From the human T2T-CHM13v2.0 reference genome, Homo sapiens, in assembly GCF_009914755.1 (NCBI RefSeq), contig NC_060945.1: a stretch of DNA of 64,000 bases, one strand, 5' to 3'. Numbering within the stretch: the stretch's first letter is position 1; each line of letters starts with the position of its first letter. This document shows positions 12,901-27,112 of the stretch, piece after piece. The notes beneath the pieces were generated by a model. The model was not told where the DNA came from, did not search any database, and worked only from the letters and a program-made list of their open reading frames with translations. A program made the translations under genes and the position numbers.

Positions 12901-14759
12901 ATGTTTAGTAACCATACACCTGCTCTTTCTGAGTTCAGTTCTAGAATCAACAGATTAGCTATGAACAAAGAAAACCATGTGGGTCAGATTAAATATATCC
13001 TGAAGGACTAAACCGTAAAACTAGGGATTTGTCATGGAGGTGCATTCATCAAACTCAGTTGATGAAGTTCCAACACCTGCATAGGAAACTTACTCTCAAA
13101 TACAATGTACCCAGTGCCGACTGTTTTTGCTCACATTGTGAAAAAACGCAAAAAGATGGGTTTTCAGTCATGAGTGGTGGCGGGTGGGCCTGCAGGGATC
13201 CAGTCTGACCTGCAGCCAAGAGTTTCACTTCCCACTTTGTCAGCTGTGTGCTGTTTGTCACCTCCGTGCTCTGTGGGGTAAATGGCATTTGGTGTCAAAA
13301 GTAAGACACACCAGGGTGACTTCAGGGCTGTGATTACATCCAGCTGAGACCTATATTTAGAGTCCAAATCTTGGAGCCAAAAGGAGTCGTGCTGCCGTAG
13401 CCCGCCCTCCTGCCCCGTGGAGGGAGCCTTCTTGCACCATTTCTGACAAGGGACAGCCAGCTTCTGTCTGAGCACTTCCAGCAACCAGGAACTGACACCT
13501 CCCAGGCAGCCGGGCTATGTTTGCACAACCCTCATTCTTAGAAAATGCTTCTGTCTGTTGAGCTGCAATCTGTATTTGAGCAATGTTCATTTGTGGATCC
13601 AGGTTCTGTTTTTTGAAACTCCGTAGACCAAGTTAATCTTGGTCTTGAAATAAGCTCACAAATCAAGGGGAAAAGCCCAGCCAAGTACAGAACAATAACC
13701 AAATACATTACAATCCAGAGCTACCTTGAGAGGAGGAAATAAGAAGCACATGGCCCTTGCAGGAAATGAGGTCAGAGTCCTGCTTTGGGAGGTGGGCATC
13801 ACTGCGGCATCCGCAGGGTGCAGGTCAGTGGGCAGGCGCCCCTGCTGGAAGGTTCTTGCTGTCTGTAAACTGATAAGGGTGGAACCCGCTGGAAGGGCAG
13901 AACCTGAGTCACGTTCTTTCTGTTTCTTTTACTGTTATAAGGCAACTTGGTGCCTTCCAACCAAAAAAGTCCCCCTCTCTGATATCTCAACTGCCTGTCT
14001 TGAAAGTGAACCTTTTGGCAGGAGTTTTTATGGGATTTCTCAGTTGTTATTTCTCTCCTCCCACTGTTTTGGGAGAAGTGTTTTTTTTTGTTGTTGTTGT
14101 TTTAATTAAAAATAACTGGTGTTTACTGAGCAAATCGTGTTTGCTTTATTTGGCGCTTTGCCTCATTAAGCCTTTGGGGAGCAGCATGGGACACACATCA
14201 GTATGGGCATCTTCTCCAGAAGGGAAGGAGGGTGGAGGGGGAACGAGGGCCTGCCCAGGACCGCTGGCAGGTAGGGGGCAGGTCCAGGACTGGACTTAAC
14301 ACCTGGAGTCCCAACTCCCTGCCTCTATAAGCGCCACTGAGAACTCATCTCTTTGCAATCGCTCAGACCCAGATAATAAAATAAGCTGGGTTGAGTTTTC
14401 CTTACCCAAGACATAAACCCCAAACCCTGCTGACAATGAGGAGCTACAAAAGGCCTCTCCTCCTCCTGGGGCACGTGTTCCGGGAATTCTTTCATGGATG
14501 CAGGTATGGGGGCATCTTTGGCCTCTGTCCTTTGTCTGGAGCTCCCCGCACCTGGCTGGGGGCTGCACTGGACACCTCTGCCCACCCTGGCCCTGGGGTT
14601 ATCAGGCCACCTGGCCTCCACCCAGACGTTCCCTCCCAGGGCGGGATTCATCCTGGCCCGTGGTGATGTGCAGGCTCCCGGAAGGCCGGGCTCTGCCCAC
14701 TAAGTGTCAGCTCTAACGCAGGCTCTCCATACTGAGTAAAAAAGCCCGTCCTTTCTCTG

Positions 14760-15420
14760 GCTGGTGCAGGTGCTGACTCTGCAGGCCTGTGGACGCAGGG
14801 TGACGTTCGCGCTCTTGCCCGAGCTCAACGCCCGGGAGAAAACAGCGCTGCCGGAGCCCCTCGCGCGCGCAGGTGCGGGCGGGGCGGGTGCGCGCTGCCG
14901 CGCGTGTGCAGCGCCCGCCCATCCGCCGCCACCGCCCGCGCCGGGGTTACTACCGGTCAACGCTCGCTAGTAACCTCCGCGGCGGAGCGGCGGCGCGGGG
15001 AGCGGCGCGATTGGCTGCGGGCGCCCCGCGCTGTTGCCAAGCGCGAGGAGGCAGCTGCAGCCCCGAGCGGGGTCGCAGCCTCCCTGGGACAGGGGCGGCC
15101 CTATGCATAGGGGATCACCCGGGCCATGCAAATCCCGGCGCCCCGCGCGTGCTGGTGTTCTCCTCCCCAGGTCCAGGAACACCGGTCCAGGAAGCCTGAG
15201 AGCGCTGGCAGTAGGAAGGGTCGCCAGTGTGGACCTGAGGGTGGAGGTGTTGCCACCCGGGGCGGCCTGCGCTCCATTCAGGCTTGAGCGGTGACTGGGA
15301 GACCCCGGGAATGGAAATGGCGCTCAAATGCTGGTGTGGTGTCCGCAGGGGAACGGCCCGCGGGTGTGTGGAGTCTGCGCCCCTGTGGCTTCAGCTGCGT
15401 CGGGGGACTGCGGGAATCTT
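14760..15420. promoter_or_regulatory. Intronic CpG island with GC boxes, inverted CCAAT (ATTGG 15010-15014) and DR4
   Basis: Dense CpG and very high GC relative to flanks; gggcggggcggg at ~14877. Confidence 0.9.
14944..14959 (+). promoter_or_regulatory. LXR/RXR DR4 element GGGTTA-ctac-CGGTCA
   Basis: Near-consensus LXRE read directly inside the CpG island. Confidence 0.85.
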
Positions 15421-15448
15421 CCAGACTCCAGTTTAAATCAGAGAGGTG

Positions 15449-16005
15449 TGTCCACGAAAAGAGTCAAACTAAAACATTTAAAGAGATTTATCCTGAGTGA
15501 CCATGGCCCGTGACACAGCCTCAGGAGACCAGGAGAACACGTGCCCAAAGGGGTCGGGAACAGCTTGGTTTCATACTTTTAGGGAGACGTAAGACAGTGA
15601 TCAATATTTAAGATGTACATTGGTTCCGTCTAGAAAGGTGGGACAGCCCAAAGGGGGACTTCCAGGTTATAGGTAAATTTAAATTTTTTTCTAATTGGTT
15701 AAGTTATTATCGATAGAAAGGGATGTCTGGGTTACGATACGGGGCTGTGGGGACCTAGGTTGTATCATGCGGATGAGGCCTCCAGGCAGCAGGCTTGAGA
15801 GAGAACAGACTGTAAATGCTTCGTATCAGACTTAAGGTCTGTGTTGATGTTAATGTTACAGGCTACGATAAGGCATGTCAGACGGACCGCCACTTCCCGT
15901 CATGGCCTGAACCAGTCTTTCAGGGGAAATTTTAGAGTGCCCTGGCCAAGGAGGGAGTCCATCCCCATGGTTCAGGGGGCCTTTGAATTTTATTTTTGAT
16001 TTACA
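15449..16005 (-). mobile_element. ERV1 MER4-family solo LTR
   Basis: TGT...ACA ends; reverse strand starts tgtaaatcaaaaataaaattc and ends tttgactcttttcgtggaca; imperfect 4-bp TSD ggtg/ggtc. Confidence 0.8.
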
Positions 16006-19000
16006 GGTCTTTACTTCAGGTGGCACAATTTTCCTAGGAGACAGTTGATTTTTGATTCCTTATAAAACGTGCTGGTTTTGTTTTTAGCTGACAGTGTGGG
16101 GTGAAGCTGTAAGGGAGCCAGGGCCTCCTGGGGTTGATCCAAGCATGTCTGAGCCTTCTCTGGGGTCAGCACTGAAAAGTGGCCAGGGTGGGGTTTGGAA
16201 CCTTGGAATTGCCCTTGGGAATCTGCAGCGTTGGCTCCGCTAAGCCGGCTGGAATCCGGAGATCATGCGGCAAGGTCACGCTTCCCGGCTGCCTGCCGAG
16301 TCACTTCTACCCTAGGCAGGTTAGAGGCAAGGACAGATGACAGCTGAACTTTACGGAGTGTTTTCCAGGGCATCTATTACAGTTTTGTGTGTGTGAACCC
16401 AAAAGTGTGATAACAAACATCATTTCCATCAGCTGTACTGTGTTTGAGTATCCGCAAGGCCTGGGGCCACCTCAGTGGAGTCGGAGGTGCCACGCTTTGC
16501 TGTCTCTGGAGACCAGGGCCTTCTCTAGACACCCGGCGGGACTAGTTCCTTTGGGCATAATTTAGGTGTTTTGTGAAATGTTAAACATTGTCTTTCAGAC
16601 GCTTTGCTCAACCTTTTGGGCTCCTGACCAAATGCAAAGAGACCCAAGGGCTTGCTTTTCCTTGCACTCTTGGGTTTTCATTGCCTGCTTGCTTATTTGA
16701 TTTTGTGACTGTGGAGCTGGCATTTCTGTAAGCCCATATAGAAATTACAGTTTCCAAGCCTAAACCCACTAAGCCAACAGGGGCACACAGGAAACCAGAG
16801 ATGGTGGTGGATGAAAACCTTTGCAACAAGAAGGAAGGGTACATCTATGATAACTATGGTGTTACATTACTAAAAACAGTAAGGATGAGTGTCACTAACA
16901 TGAGAATGTACTCTACACAAAAGTCTGGTGAAAAAGGGAGGAGCCCTTTCACTAAGTTTCATATTTATCAGCACTCACGTTAAGAATTACAGCAGAAGCT
17001 GCAGGTTTCCTGTTTCTGAAGACCTGCGAATGAGTTTGTCCAGAAAATGGCCGTGTCCTGAATGGTGTGAGCAGGAGGCCATCCAGCCTTGTGCCTCTAG
17101 GCCTCCTCCCCTTCAGTTGTCATAAATGTGCCATGTGCCCCTGCCCAAACCCAGCAGCCTTTCTCTGAATTTCATCTGGTTTAGAGAGGAAAATGGGCAG
17201 CATCATTTTGTCACCTTCTCTCTTCCCAGGGGCGTTCTGTGCTTCTTGAGAACTATACCTCAATATCTGAGTTGGCTAAGTCTCTAGAATATGAATTTCA
17301 AAGAGCTTAGCCTGGCCAGCAGGGCTCTCTTGGAGCCCTTTTTCTCTCCCAGCCCTGCGTCTCCGCAGCCACTCCCCATGGGCTAGCCAGGCTGAACTGC
17401 CAGTCATTCTAGCATTTGTGCTTTCTTTGGGCCACTCTCTCTACCAAGAACCCACCTCATCTCCCCAGGCTAGGGGAAGCCTTCCTTCATTCACCCTTAA
17501 CCCTGTGGCCAGGAGAGTCTTTCTTGGTTACTCTTCGTACTCCTCTGCCCCTACGATCATGGGATTATGGCACTCAGCATGGGATTTTGTGCTTCTCTTC
17601 TGAGCTTCCAAAATTACCCCTGCGTCTCAGCTGCCCAGCCAGTGCCTGGCTCAGAGCTGGCATGCAAATGAATGAATGGAATCACAAAAAGCTAAATCAC
17701 AGTAGAAGAGCCTATACTTTTACCCTCAAAGACAGCTTGGTAGAGAGGAGAAGTAGAGAGGAAAACCAAGAGCCTTGAGATGCTGGGCTGTTTTGATCTT
17801 CCCTTGCTGTGTCAAACCCATGAGCCACCTCTGACTAAGCTTCACGCAGGTGGTTTCTGAGGGCTGTTTCTTTGGCCGCACAGCACCGTGGATGGACAGA
17901 GGGGTGGCTGGGGAATGGTAAGAGCCTGGATTCTGGGTCAAGCAGCCTACTCTTGAATGCCAGCTCCACCTCTTCTTAACCATGTGACCCTGGGCCTCAG
18001 TTTTTGCATCTGCAGAACAGGGCTGATCCAAGTGCCAAACTCAGGATTGGAGTGAGGAATAGCAGAGGTCATCACTACAGCCAGGGCTGGCACACAATAG
18101 TGCTCAAGGTATTTTAATGTTACAGGTCAAATTTTGCTAAAAATTGATTTTCGTGTTCCTGGTTTCATGAAGGCAAATACTCCTCTTTCTAATAATAATA
18201 GTATTAGCTTGGTATTTATTAGTCTGTGAGCAGTAACTTACTCTGTCTTCACAGCAACCCTGCGGTCAGGTTTTCTACCCATTCTTTTTGAGGGAGGAAG
18301 ATGCTGTGGCCGGAAGCAGTGAGGGCCTTTGCTTGGGCATCACAGAGAGTGCCATCTCTTACACAAAATGGGGATTTCGAATCTCAACACTCTGAGCTCT
18401 GTGCTTTCCCCCAAGACAGGCTACATGCTCCCTGGAGTTGTCCTCCAAGAGAATCTTTGTATGGTTCCTTTTCTGAGACTTCTGGTTTCTTCCTCATGGC
18501 TCATATTATGACTAATTTCAGACGCGTTAAATCCCTCTATCTTGAGACTTGTGTACTTGCGTGTACAAGACAGGTAACAGTCTTATTATTTCTGAGAGAT
18601 CTCTCAAGTACTTTCAGATCGCTGGATGACAAGCTTTGCATCTTTGAACTATTTATATTTCAGTATCTACATTTGTGAGTTACTGGATGGAAATTTCCAC
18701 CATTCAAACAAAGCTTGGCAAGCAACATTACACTTCAGAATTTGGCTCACGGGCGAGGTTGATGCAGGTTATCTTAGGAGGATGTGAGATGTTATCAGCT
18801 CCTGCGTGTTTTAGTCTTGTGGCTAGATGGTCATGACTGAAAATTGAGGATGTTGTGCCCACTGCTCTGGTTGGCAGCTCGTGGCAGGGAGAGGTGGCAG
18901 CAGCTCTGGGGTTGGTGGGAGCCACAGTCTCACACCTATTGGCAGGTCGTGAACATTGTTCTTGGATTTGCAAATATTTAATGTAAATCCATTAATGTTG

Positions 19001-20503
19001 TAGCTTTATAGAAAATGCACTTACTCTCCTTTGTGGTAATTCTAAATTAATATGTAACAAGGAGGTTAAGATGAATTGAACTATATGTGGAGCTTAGTTA
19101 AAATTTTCTTTCTCCCGCTATTTCTTTCAAAAAAATGATTCCAGGTGTAGTACTTGTTAGCAAAATGCCCTCAGTAAAGGAGGAGGCAGTATAGGATAGA
19201 GCTCAGGAATGTGGGCTCCACAGTAAGAGAGTCTGGGTTCAGAATTGGCTCCACCGCCTACTAGCAGGGCAACTGGGTGACTTACCCCTCCTGTGAAAAG
19301 GAAATATTAATAATAAAAATATCCATCTTATTAGATCAAATAGCTTGATACCTGTGAAGCACTGTGACCAGCTTGTGGCACTTAATAAACCATGGCTACC
19401 CTTCTTATATGTGATGTAATAAAATCATAATAGCTTAGAATCACTAAGATGGATCAAAGCCTTTTAGTTCTCATTCTAAATGTGAAGTGTGGCTTGATAC
19501 CTTAGGCTTTAGAAATGAAAGGGAAAGAGCAAGGGTATAGTTGGTGGCCACTGTTGATTTAGTGTTTCCTAGGCGCCGGGCAGTGTGCTCAGAGCCTCAC
19601 ACCTATGTGCTCCCATGAGCCTCATTGCTGCCCTTTGAGAGTGGAGGGGCAAGGGGAGGTGTAGGGGCCTGGTCCGGGGTCACAGGGCTGTAAGTAGCAG
19701 AGCCAAGAGGTGACCCAGGTAGCTGCTTCCAGAGCCCCACACTGGTCCCCTGGCTGGGCTACATCTTACCTTTGTGTGTCTTTGGTGACCCATGCTCCTA
19801 GAGCCAGCTTCCGGTTGGGGCAGAAGACCGTCCGGGGCCTGGCCCCTGGCTAATACGATGGCTACTGCTCATCTGCTCTGTGTCGTAGATGCTCACATCA
19901 CTTGGGTGATGAGCCTTTGTCACGTGGCCTCTGCAGAATCAGCTAGCTGGGCAAGGGGCCTAAGCTCCGGAAGGTTCCCCTTTGGTCATTTTTGGGTGTC
20001 TGGTGATTGCCAGGCTTCCAGTATCTCACCACTCAAATTAGAGCCCCAGAAAGGGAGCATGGTGTCATTTCATCCCCTGGGCCGTGGTTGTGGGAGCCCA
20101 TGGTGCCTTCTGCAGGGCACTGGAGAACGCTGTGTGTGCTCATCTTGGGACAGGCAGGAGAGGAGGGCAGGTGGCAGGATGAGGGCGGCTGTAGCCTGCA
20201 GGTCACACAGTGTTATGCCAGACCACGGTGCCTGCCACGCTGGGTCTCCAACGGCCACACGAGGCACTGCTTCCATGTTATCAGTGAGGAAACTGTGGCC
20301 TGGAGACAGGTGGGCGATGAGTTCAAGTTCCTGCTGCCAACAGGTGGACCCCAGGACCAAGCCTAGCCCAGTTGACCCCTGGCTCCTCCTGTTTGCTCTT
20401 TGAGATCATATGAAACAGCCAGTGACTGCCTAGGGCCATGGCCCTTTTCAGTGAACTTGAAACATTAAAATGTTTACTGCCTTCACACTTATGGCTTAAA
20501 AAG

Positions 20504-20804
<301 letters not shown>

Positions 20805-21403
20805 AGAAAGTTAATTTTAATGAGAATGAAGCCGCATCATTGAAAAGTCTGATGAGCTTGGGAGTTGTCTAATGGTGGAGGCTGCCAGCCAGGTCTCATG
20901 ACCTGGACCAGATTAAGCCCTACTGTCCATCTTCAGGGAGAGTAAACAGCGTGACCAGCACGGGCCACGCTTGCTCACACCCACCAGATGTGCGTTCCCG
21001 CACCACCCAGGGGACCGAGGGCACAGGTGGGGAGTTAGGAGGGAATTCAGGGCATGGGCAGACCCTCTGAAGGAATCCAGGAGGCTTGGGATCTGGAATG
21101 GACACTCTGGGCTGACAGTCAACAGTCCTGGTGAATAGCATGTTGGTCTCTGGGACTCTTATCCTTCTGACTTTCACAGACACGTAGTGAGAGCACTGGC
21201 CACGTTCAGACGTGACTGCCTGTCAGGATTCTGACGGAGGTGACCCTGGCTGGGCCACCAGCTTTCAGCATCCATTTATCGTAAAAGCCAAGTGCACAGT
21301 GGAGATGCTTTTCTCCCCACAACATCCGTGAGCTCATCATAAACAGAAACGGGGAAATTCATCAGAGTGTGTTTCTGTGAGGAGTTAAAAAATCCACAGG
21401 GCA

Positions 21404-21692
<289 letters not shown>

Positions 21693-21762
21693 CCCAAAAT
21701 CCCTAAGGTGTTTATAATTTTATACTGTTTCCTAAGGGATTCTCTTGCATTAAAAATGCCCT

Positions 21763-22053
21763 GCTGGGTGCAGTAGCTCACACCTGTAATTCCAGCACCT
21801 TGTGGGGCTGAGGTGGGAGGATTGCTTGAGAGCAGGAGGTCGAGACCAGCCTGGGCATCAGAGACCCTATCTCTATTAAAAAAAAAAAAAAGCCAGGCAT
21901 GGGGCATGCCTGTGGCCCCAGTTACTTGGGAGGCTGAGGTGGGAGGATCACTTGAGGCCAGGAGGTTGAGGCTGCAGTGAGTCATTATCACACCACTGCA
22001 CTCCAGCCTGGACAACAGAGCAAGACCCTGTCTCAAAAAAAAAAAAAAAAAAA
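21763..22053 (+). mobile_element. Alu (AluJ-like)
   Basis: Diverged Alu with ggaggattgcttgag and poly-A. Confidence 0.93.
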
Positions 22054-22278
22054 GAACTCCCCATGGTGTTTTTGGTTACTTGTTTTACAAATATGCCTGC
22101 CATTGAAAGCACAAAACAGTGAAATCCCTTTCTAAAGTATATGGGGCCAGCCACAAAGTAGACTCCAGTACATTTTATTTTAAGCAAAGTTACAAAGCAC
22201 ATGCAGTTCTTACTACTGTATTTTGATTTTCTGAGTTTCCTTTAGGAAATATTGGCTTTTTAAAAAGACTATACAATG

Positions 22279-22580
22279 GGCCTGGCACAGTGGCTCAGGC
22301 CTATAACCCCAGTGCTTTGGGAGGCCAAGGCAGGAGGACTGCTTGTGCCCAGGAGTCCAAGGCCAGCCTCAGCAACATAGCGAGACGCTGTCTCTACAGA
22401 AAATAAGATGAGCAGAGCATAGTAGTGTGCACCTGTAGTCCCAGCTACTGAGGAGGCTGAGCGGGGAGGGTTGCTTGAGGCTAGGAGTTCAAGGCTGCAG
22501 TAAGCTATGATAGCACTGCTGCATACTCCAGCCTGGGTGACAGCAGAGACCCTGTCCCTAAAAACAAAACAACACAAAAA
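22279..22580 (+). mobile_element. Alu (AluJ-like)
   Basis: Diverged Alu body; degenerate TSD actatacaatg/actgcacaatg. Confidence 0.92.
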
Positions 22581-22879
22581 CTCAAACTGCACAATGAGAG
22601 AGGAGGAGGGAGCTGTATTATAGATGTGTGGTACCTGGAACCAAGTGGTGACGCTGAGGAGGGCGGAAGGAGCATGATGAGAGGTGGCTGGGTGACTTGG
22701 CTGCTGGAGAACGCTGGCCATTAGGGCACATTCATTCTGTTCCGGCTCTTGTGTTATTTCACACTTTCCACATCCCAGTCCTTTAGAGCCGACCATGAAC
22801 CGGGGCAGTGAACCATATCGTTGTTTGTTGTGTTTTTTGGTTTTTGTGACTTCAGAGGCTGAAGTGCAATGAGGCAATC

Positions 22880-23045
22880 AAGCGAGCTCCACCATGGCCC
22901 TGAGGGCTTGTGAAAATGCAGGTGGCTGGGCTGCACCCCCGGGGGTCTGAGTGAGCAGGTTTGGGGCAGGCAGGGTTCCGTGTCTGATAAGTATGGGGCG
23001 ATGCTGCTGTTGCTGGTCCAGGGATCCCACTTTGAGAACTGCTGA
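22880..23045. mobile_element. MER5A-like hAT DNA transposon relic
   Basis: gcttgtgaaaatgcag...tgctggtccagggatcccactttgagaactgctg matches the MER5A end. Confidence 0.65.
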
Positions 23046-23492
23046 ATTAGAGTAAAGAGGAGTTGATGGCCATGTGGGAGCCACCCTGAGCCCTGGGAAA
23101 ACTGGAGCAGGAGGTGGCATCACCCACACTTGCACCACAGGCAGGAGTGAGGGCCCTGCTCTCCCATGGTCAGGCAGCCTCAGCATCTCACCACTCCCTG
23201 GCCTTCAAAGTCAGCTTTCCTTGTGAACCTGGGTGGTCAGAGATGCAGACAGCAGGGCCAGGTGGTGTCTCACGAGTCGCACTATGAATGTGGGGAGCCC
23301 GTCGGCCCCTCCCTCTGCAGGGAGGAGAGTTAAAGCTCATGTCCTCCAGGGTACCTTCCTCGGGGGTGGTGGACTGCTGCACGCCAGGGAACAGGGCAGA
23401 AGTGCCTGGATTCAGCAATTTATATTATTATTTAAGAGAGAGCAGATTTTATTTTTATCTTAATCTGTTTCACAGAACCATATTTTAATACC

Positions 23493-23502
23493 GTGTGTGT
23501 GC

Positions 23503-23546
<44 letters not shown>
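23493..23546. repeat. (GT)n microsatellite with GC interruptions
   Basis: Read directly. Confidence 0.97.
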
Positions 23547-23569
23547 TGGTTTATAATATCACCTGGGCG

Positions 23570-24171
<602 letters not shown>

Positions 24172-25853
24172 TATCTTTGGCTTTAAAAAAATGTTTTAAA
24201 TTGCTCTTTTCTTGCTAAAACATCACTGTAAGTGATAAAATTATTTGCAGAGGCTGGAACATGAGGTTAGCTGGGGGTGGAGAGGGCATCCTAGGAGTGG
24301 ACATGGGAGCTCACAGGGATTCAGGAGGGCATCCAGACCCTGAACTTCCTTCGTCCCCTCCCAGTGCAAGGTTCTGACAAGAGCCTGCCTGAGCCCTTCT
24401 CTCAGTATTTAGTAACACTCGATCCTAACAGAAGAAGGTCGGCCATTTCCACCGTCCTCTGTGCCAGCTCTCAGGACCAGATTAGAAACACAGTTAACAC
24501 AGCCATTGCCTTGCCAATAAATTGATAAAGCTAAAAGACTTCAAAAGCTTCTCTTCTGCACTGCATTTCCTAAAGTCTAATTTACAGTCTTGTCTTACTT
24601 TGCAATTCCCACTCTTTTTTTTGGTGAAGAAATTGAGCTTTTCCTCATCTAAAATCACGGCAGATTTTGAGTTGCAAGGATCACAATTAGTGAATTTTAA
24701 AAATTATACCTGGAACAGGCACATGGCAGTGGTCGTCTGAGAATGAGCTGGGAGGTGTGAAACCTTCTTGCCACTGACACTCAAGGACAGGGCTGTTTAC
24801 ATGACATCCATTTCCAAGCCACAGAAAGCTTGGGAACACCCACTTAGAGCTGAGAGTGACCTTCCCTATGGGAGAGGCACACTTACAAAGGGAACGACCG
24901 TAGGCAGGTGAAATCCCCACCTTGCTGTTGGAACCCGAGCTTCAGAGAGGGCTGTTGACTTGGCTGGAGCCATCCGTGGAAGGGGTGCATTGAAACCACA
25001 GGTGAGAACTCCATGTGGGAATCCACCACCCTCTGAGAACGACCCTCAGGAAGAGGACCTCCTTCCCCAGTCATGTCCCAGCTCTGCCCCCACGCGCTCC
25101 ACGAGCTCAGGCCTGCAGTGGGAGCTGAGCGTCTGGAGTGAGGAGTGGTGTTTGCCAGACCTTGTGTTCCCTGGGCTGCCTGGAGGGGCTCCTCCAGTGA
25201 ATCTAGACACCCCACACTTTGTACCAGGGAGTGGAAAGGGTGATATGAACTTCTGCATCCGAGGACTTCTGAAAAGCCACAGATGGAAGAACCAAAGAAA
25301 ACAGGATTTACTTAGAAGGTTGAGCCTCTCCACTGGCTCGCATATAGGTCTAACTTACAAGGAACCTGTTGGGTTGTGGTTTTTGTAGTTATAAAAATTA
25401 TTAAGGAACCAGAAAATTGCATTCTTCTCCAATTGGTTTTAGGCATTCAGTCCAGATACAAGGATTATGAAACTTAAAAAGCAGCATCTTAAGCCCGGCT
25501 TAACCCCAAACAACATCTTAACCCCAGTGAAGTGTTCTTGAAGGGTGGGTGCGGCCACACATCCTGCAATCCAGTGCAGACCAGATGGCCTCCCTGGCCA
25601 ACCACGGGGACAGGAAGAAGAAGGACAGAGGACACAGGAGAGACAGGACTGAGCTGGGTTCCCATGTGGTGTGAGGGAGGCAGGGAATGGCCCAGAAGGC
25701 TGGATCTGCAAACAGGAGTCGCATCAGAGACAGAGAAGAGAGCACAGCTCAAGGCTGAGATAAGACCAGGAGAACTGGGGCTGTATTTCCTTATCTATTC
25801 CTGAGATCCATGCTTTCTGAAAATCATCTGCACATCTAAGCATCTTGGCACAA

Positions 25854-25961
25854 CTCCGATGAGGAGGGGATGGGGCACCAGGCAGCAGACTCTGATGAGG
25901 AGGGGAGGGGGCACCAGGCAGCAGACTCTGATGAGGAGGAGACAGGGCACCAGGCAGCAGA
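25854..25961. repeat. 36-bp tandem repeat x3 (ctctgatgaggaggggagggggcaccaggcagcaga)
   Basis: Three adjacent near-identical units. Confidence 0.95.
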
Positions 25962-27096
25962 AAGTGCTGACTCAGCAGCACAAGACCACATGGCCGGCTT
26001 CCCTTCTTCCTCGGAATGGCCTGGAATTCGATCAAGAACAGCAGCCCCAGGAGCATCCTAGAGAGGTGGGGGCAGGCGGGGGACATGGTGAGGGAGGGAG
26101 TGGCAACTCTGGGCAGGTGGCAAGAGCCAGCTGATGAGTACAGGGAGGGAGTTCCCTTCTCCACCCATCCACACTGACATCTGGGGAACTCATTTAAGCT
26201 ACAGATGCCAGCTTTTGGATTTGCAGAACGGTGCAGTGACTGAATTCGCCATCCAAACACTTAGAAGAATAAATGCACCAGTTTCTACAGAGGCTGTAGA
26301 TATAAAGCCATTTCTCAAGAGGAATGATAGTTGTCACTGGATATAGGATAGCTTTGAAAAGGAAAGATTATGGAGATATTTGTCACCTCTTTAAGATACT
26401 GGCAAAACAATAAAGCTGTTCTAATAATTTACCTGTTAATAAATATTTTCATAAAATAATCTCAGTCCATGTGCAAAAATAATAAACAATGCTGCTTTGC
26501 TCTGATGGCTAAAAGAAAGAGATTCTCAGTTCCAGCTTTTCCTCACTGACGTAAAGGGATGGGATATCATTTCATGAGCTTTTAAGTTTCTTCATCATTT
26601 TTCCTTTCAGAAAGTAACAAATGTAATTTCAAGATACAATGGCGTATGTGTATATATATGAATATGTATGTATTGATGCTTCTATACATAAAGACACATG
26701 TATGATTATATTTTAATGAGAGCACTTTTTTTAAGTCAGGAAAAGACCTTAAAGATTCATATAGTCCACGCTCCACATTTCATAGATTAGAAACCCAAGG
26801 CGCAGGCTGAGATTTTTAGTTTAAAATAAACCAGTTTTTGAGATGAAATTCTGGTACTGCCACATCTAAATTTGAATCTTATATGCCTGTATTTATTTGT
26901 TCTGAGCAAGAAGGTTTGATTCCATCATTAATTAAAAAGTCTCAGGCAACCAGACTGGGATAAGTTTTTAAAAGAAAAAAAAATCCTACAATTAAAATGA
27001 AGCCACAAGACTTAGAATTTGACCGTGATTTTAAAACTATTCTAAAGAAACTTTGTTTTACTTCAAGTTAGACGTGACTGTCTAAGGTAAGGTATA

Positions 27097-27112
27097 TGAA
27101 CTATTATAAACT
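27097..27112 (-). promoter_or_regulatory. DR4 element AGTTTA-taat-AGTTCA (candidate LXRE ~9 kb upstream of the intronic alternative first exon)
   Basis: TGAACTattaTAAACT on +; resembles an ABCG1 LXRE I recall from the literature. Confidence 0.55.

Noticed and set aside
25926-25965. CTGATGAG...GAAA resembling a hammerhead ribozyme core
   Set aside because: No stem II pairing between the motifs and no flanking stems I/III evident.
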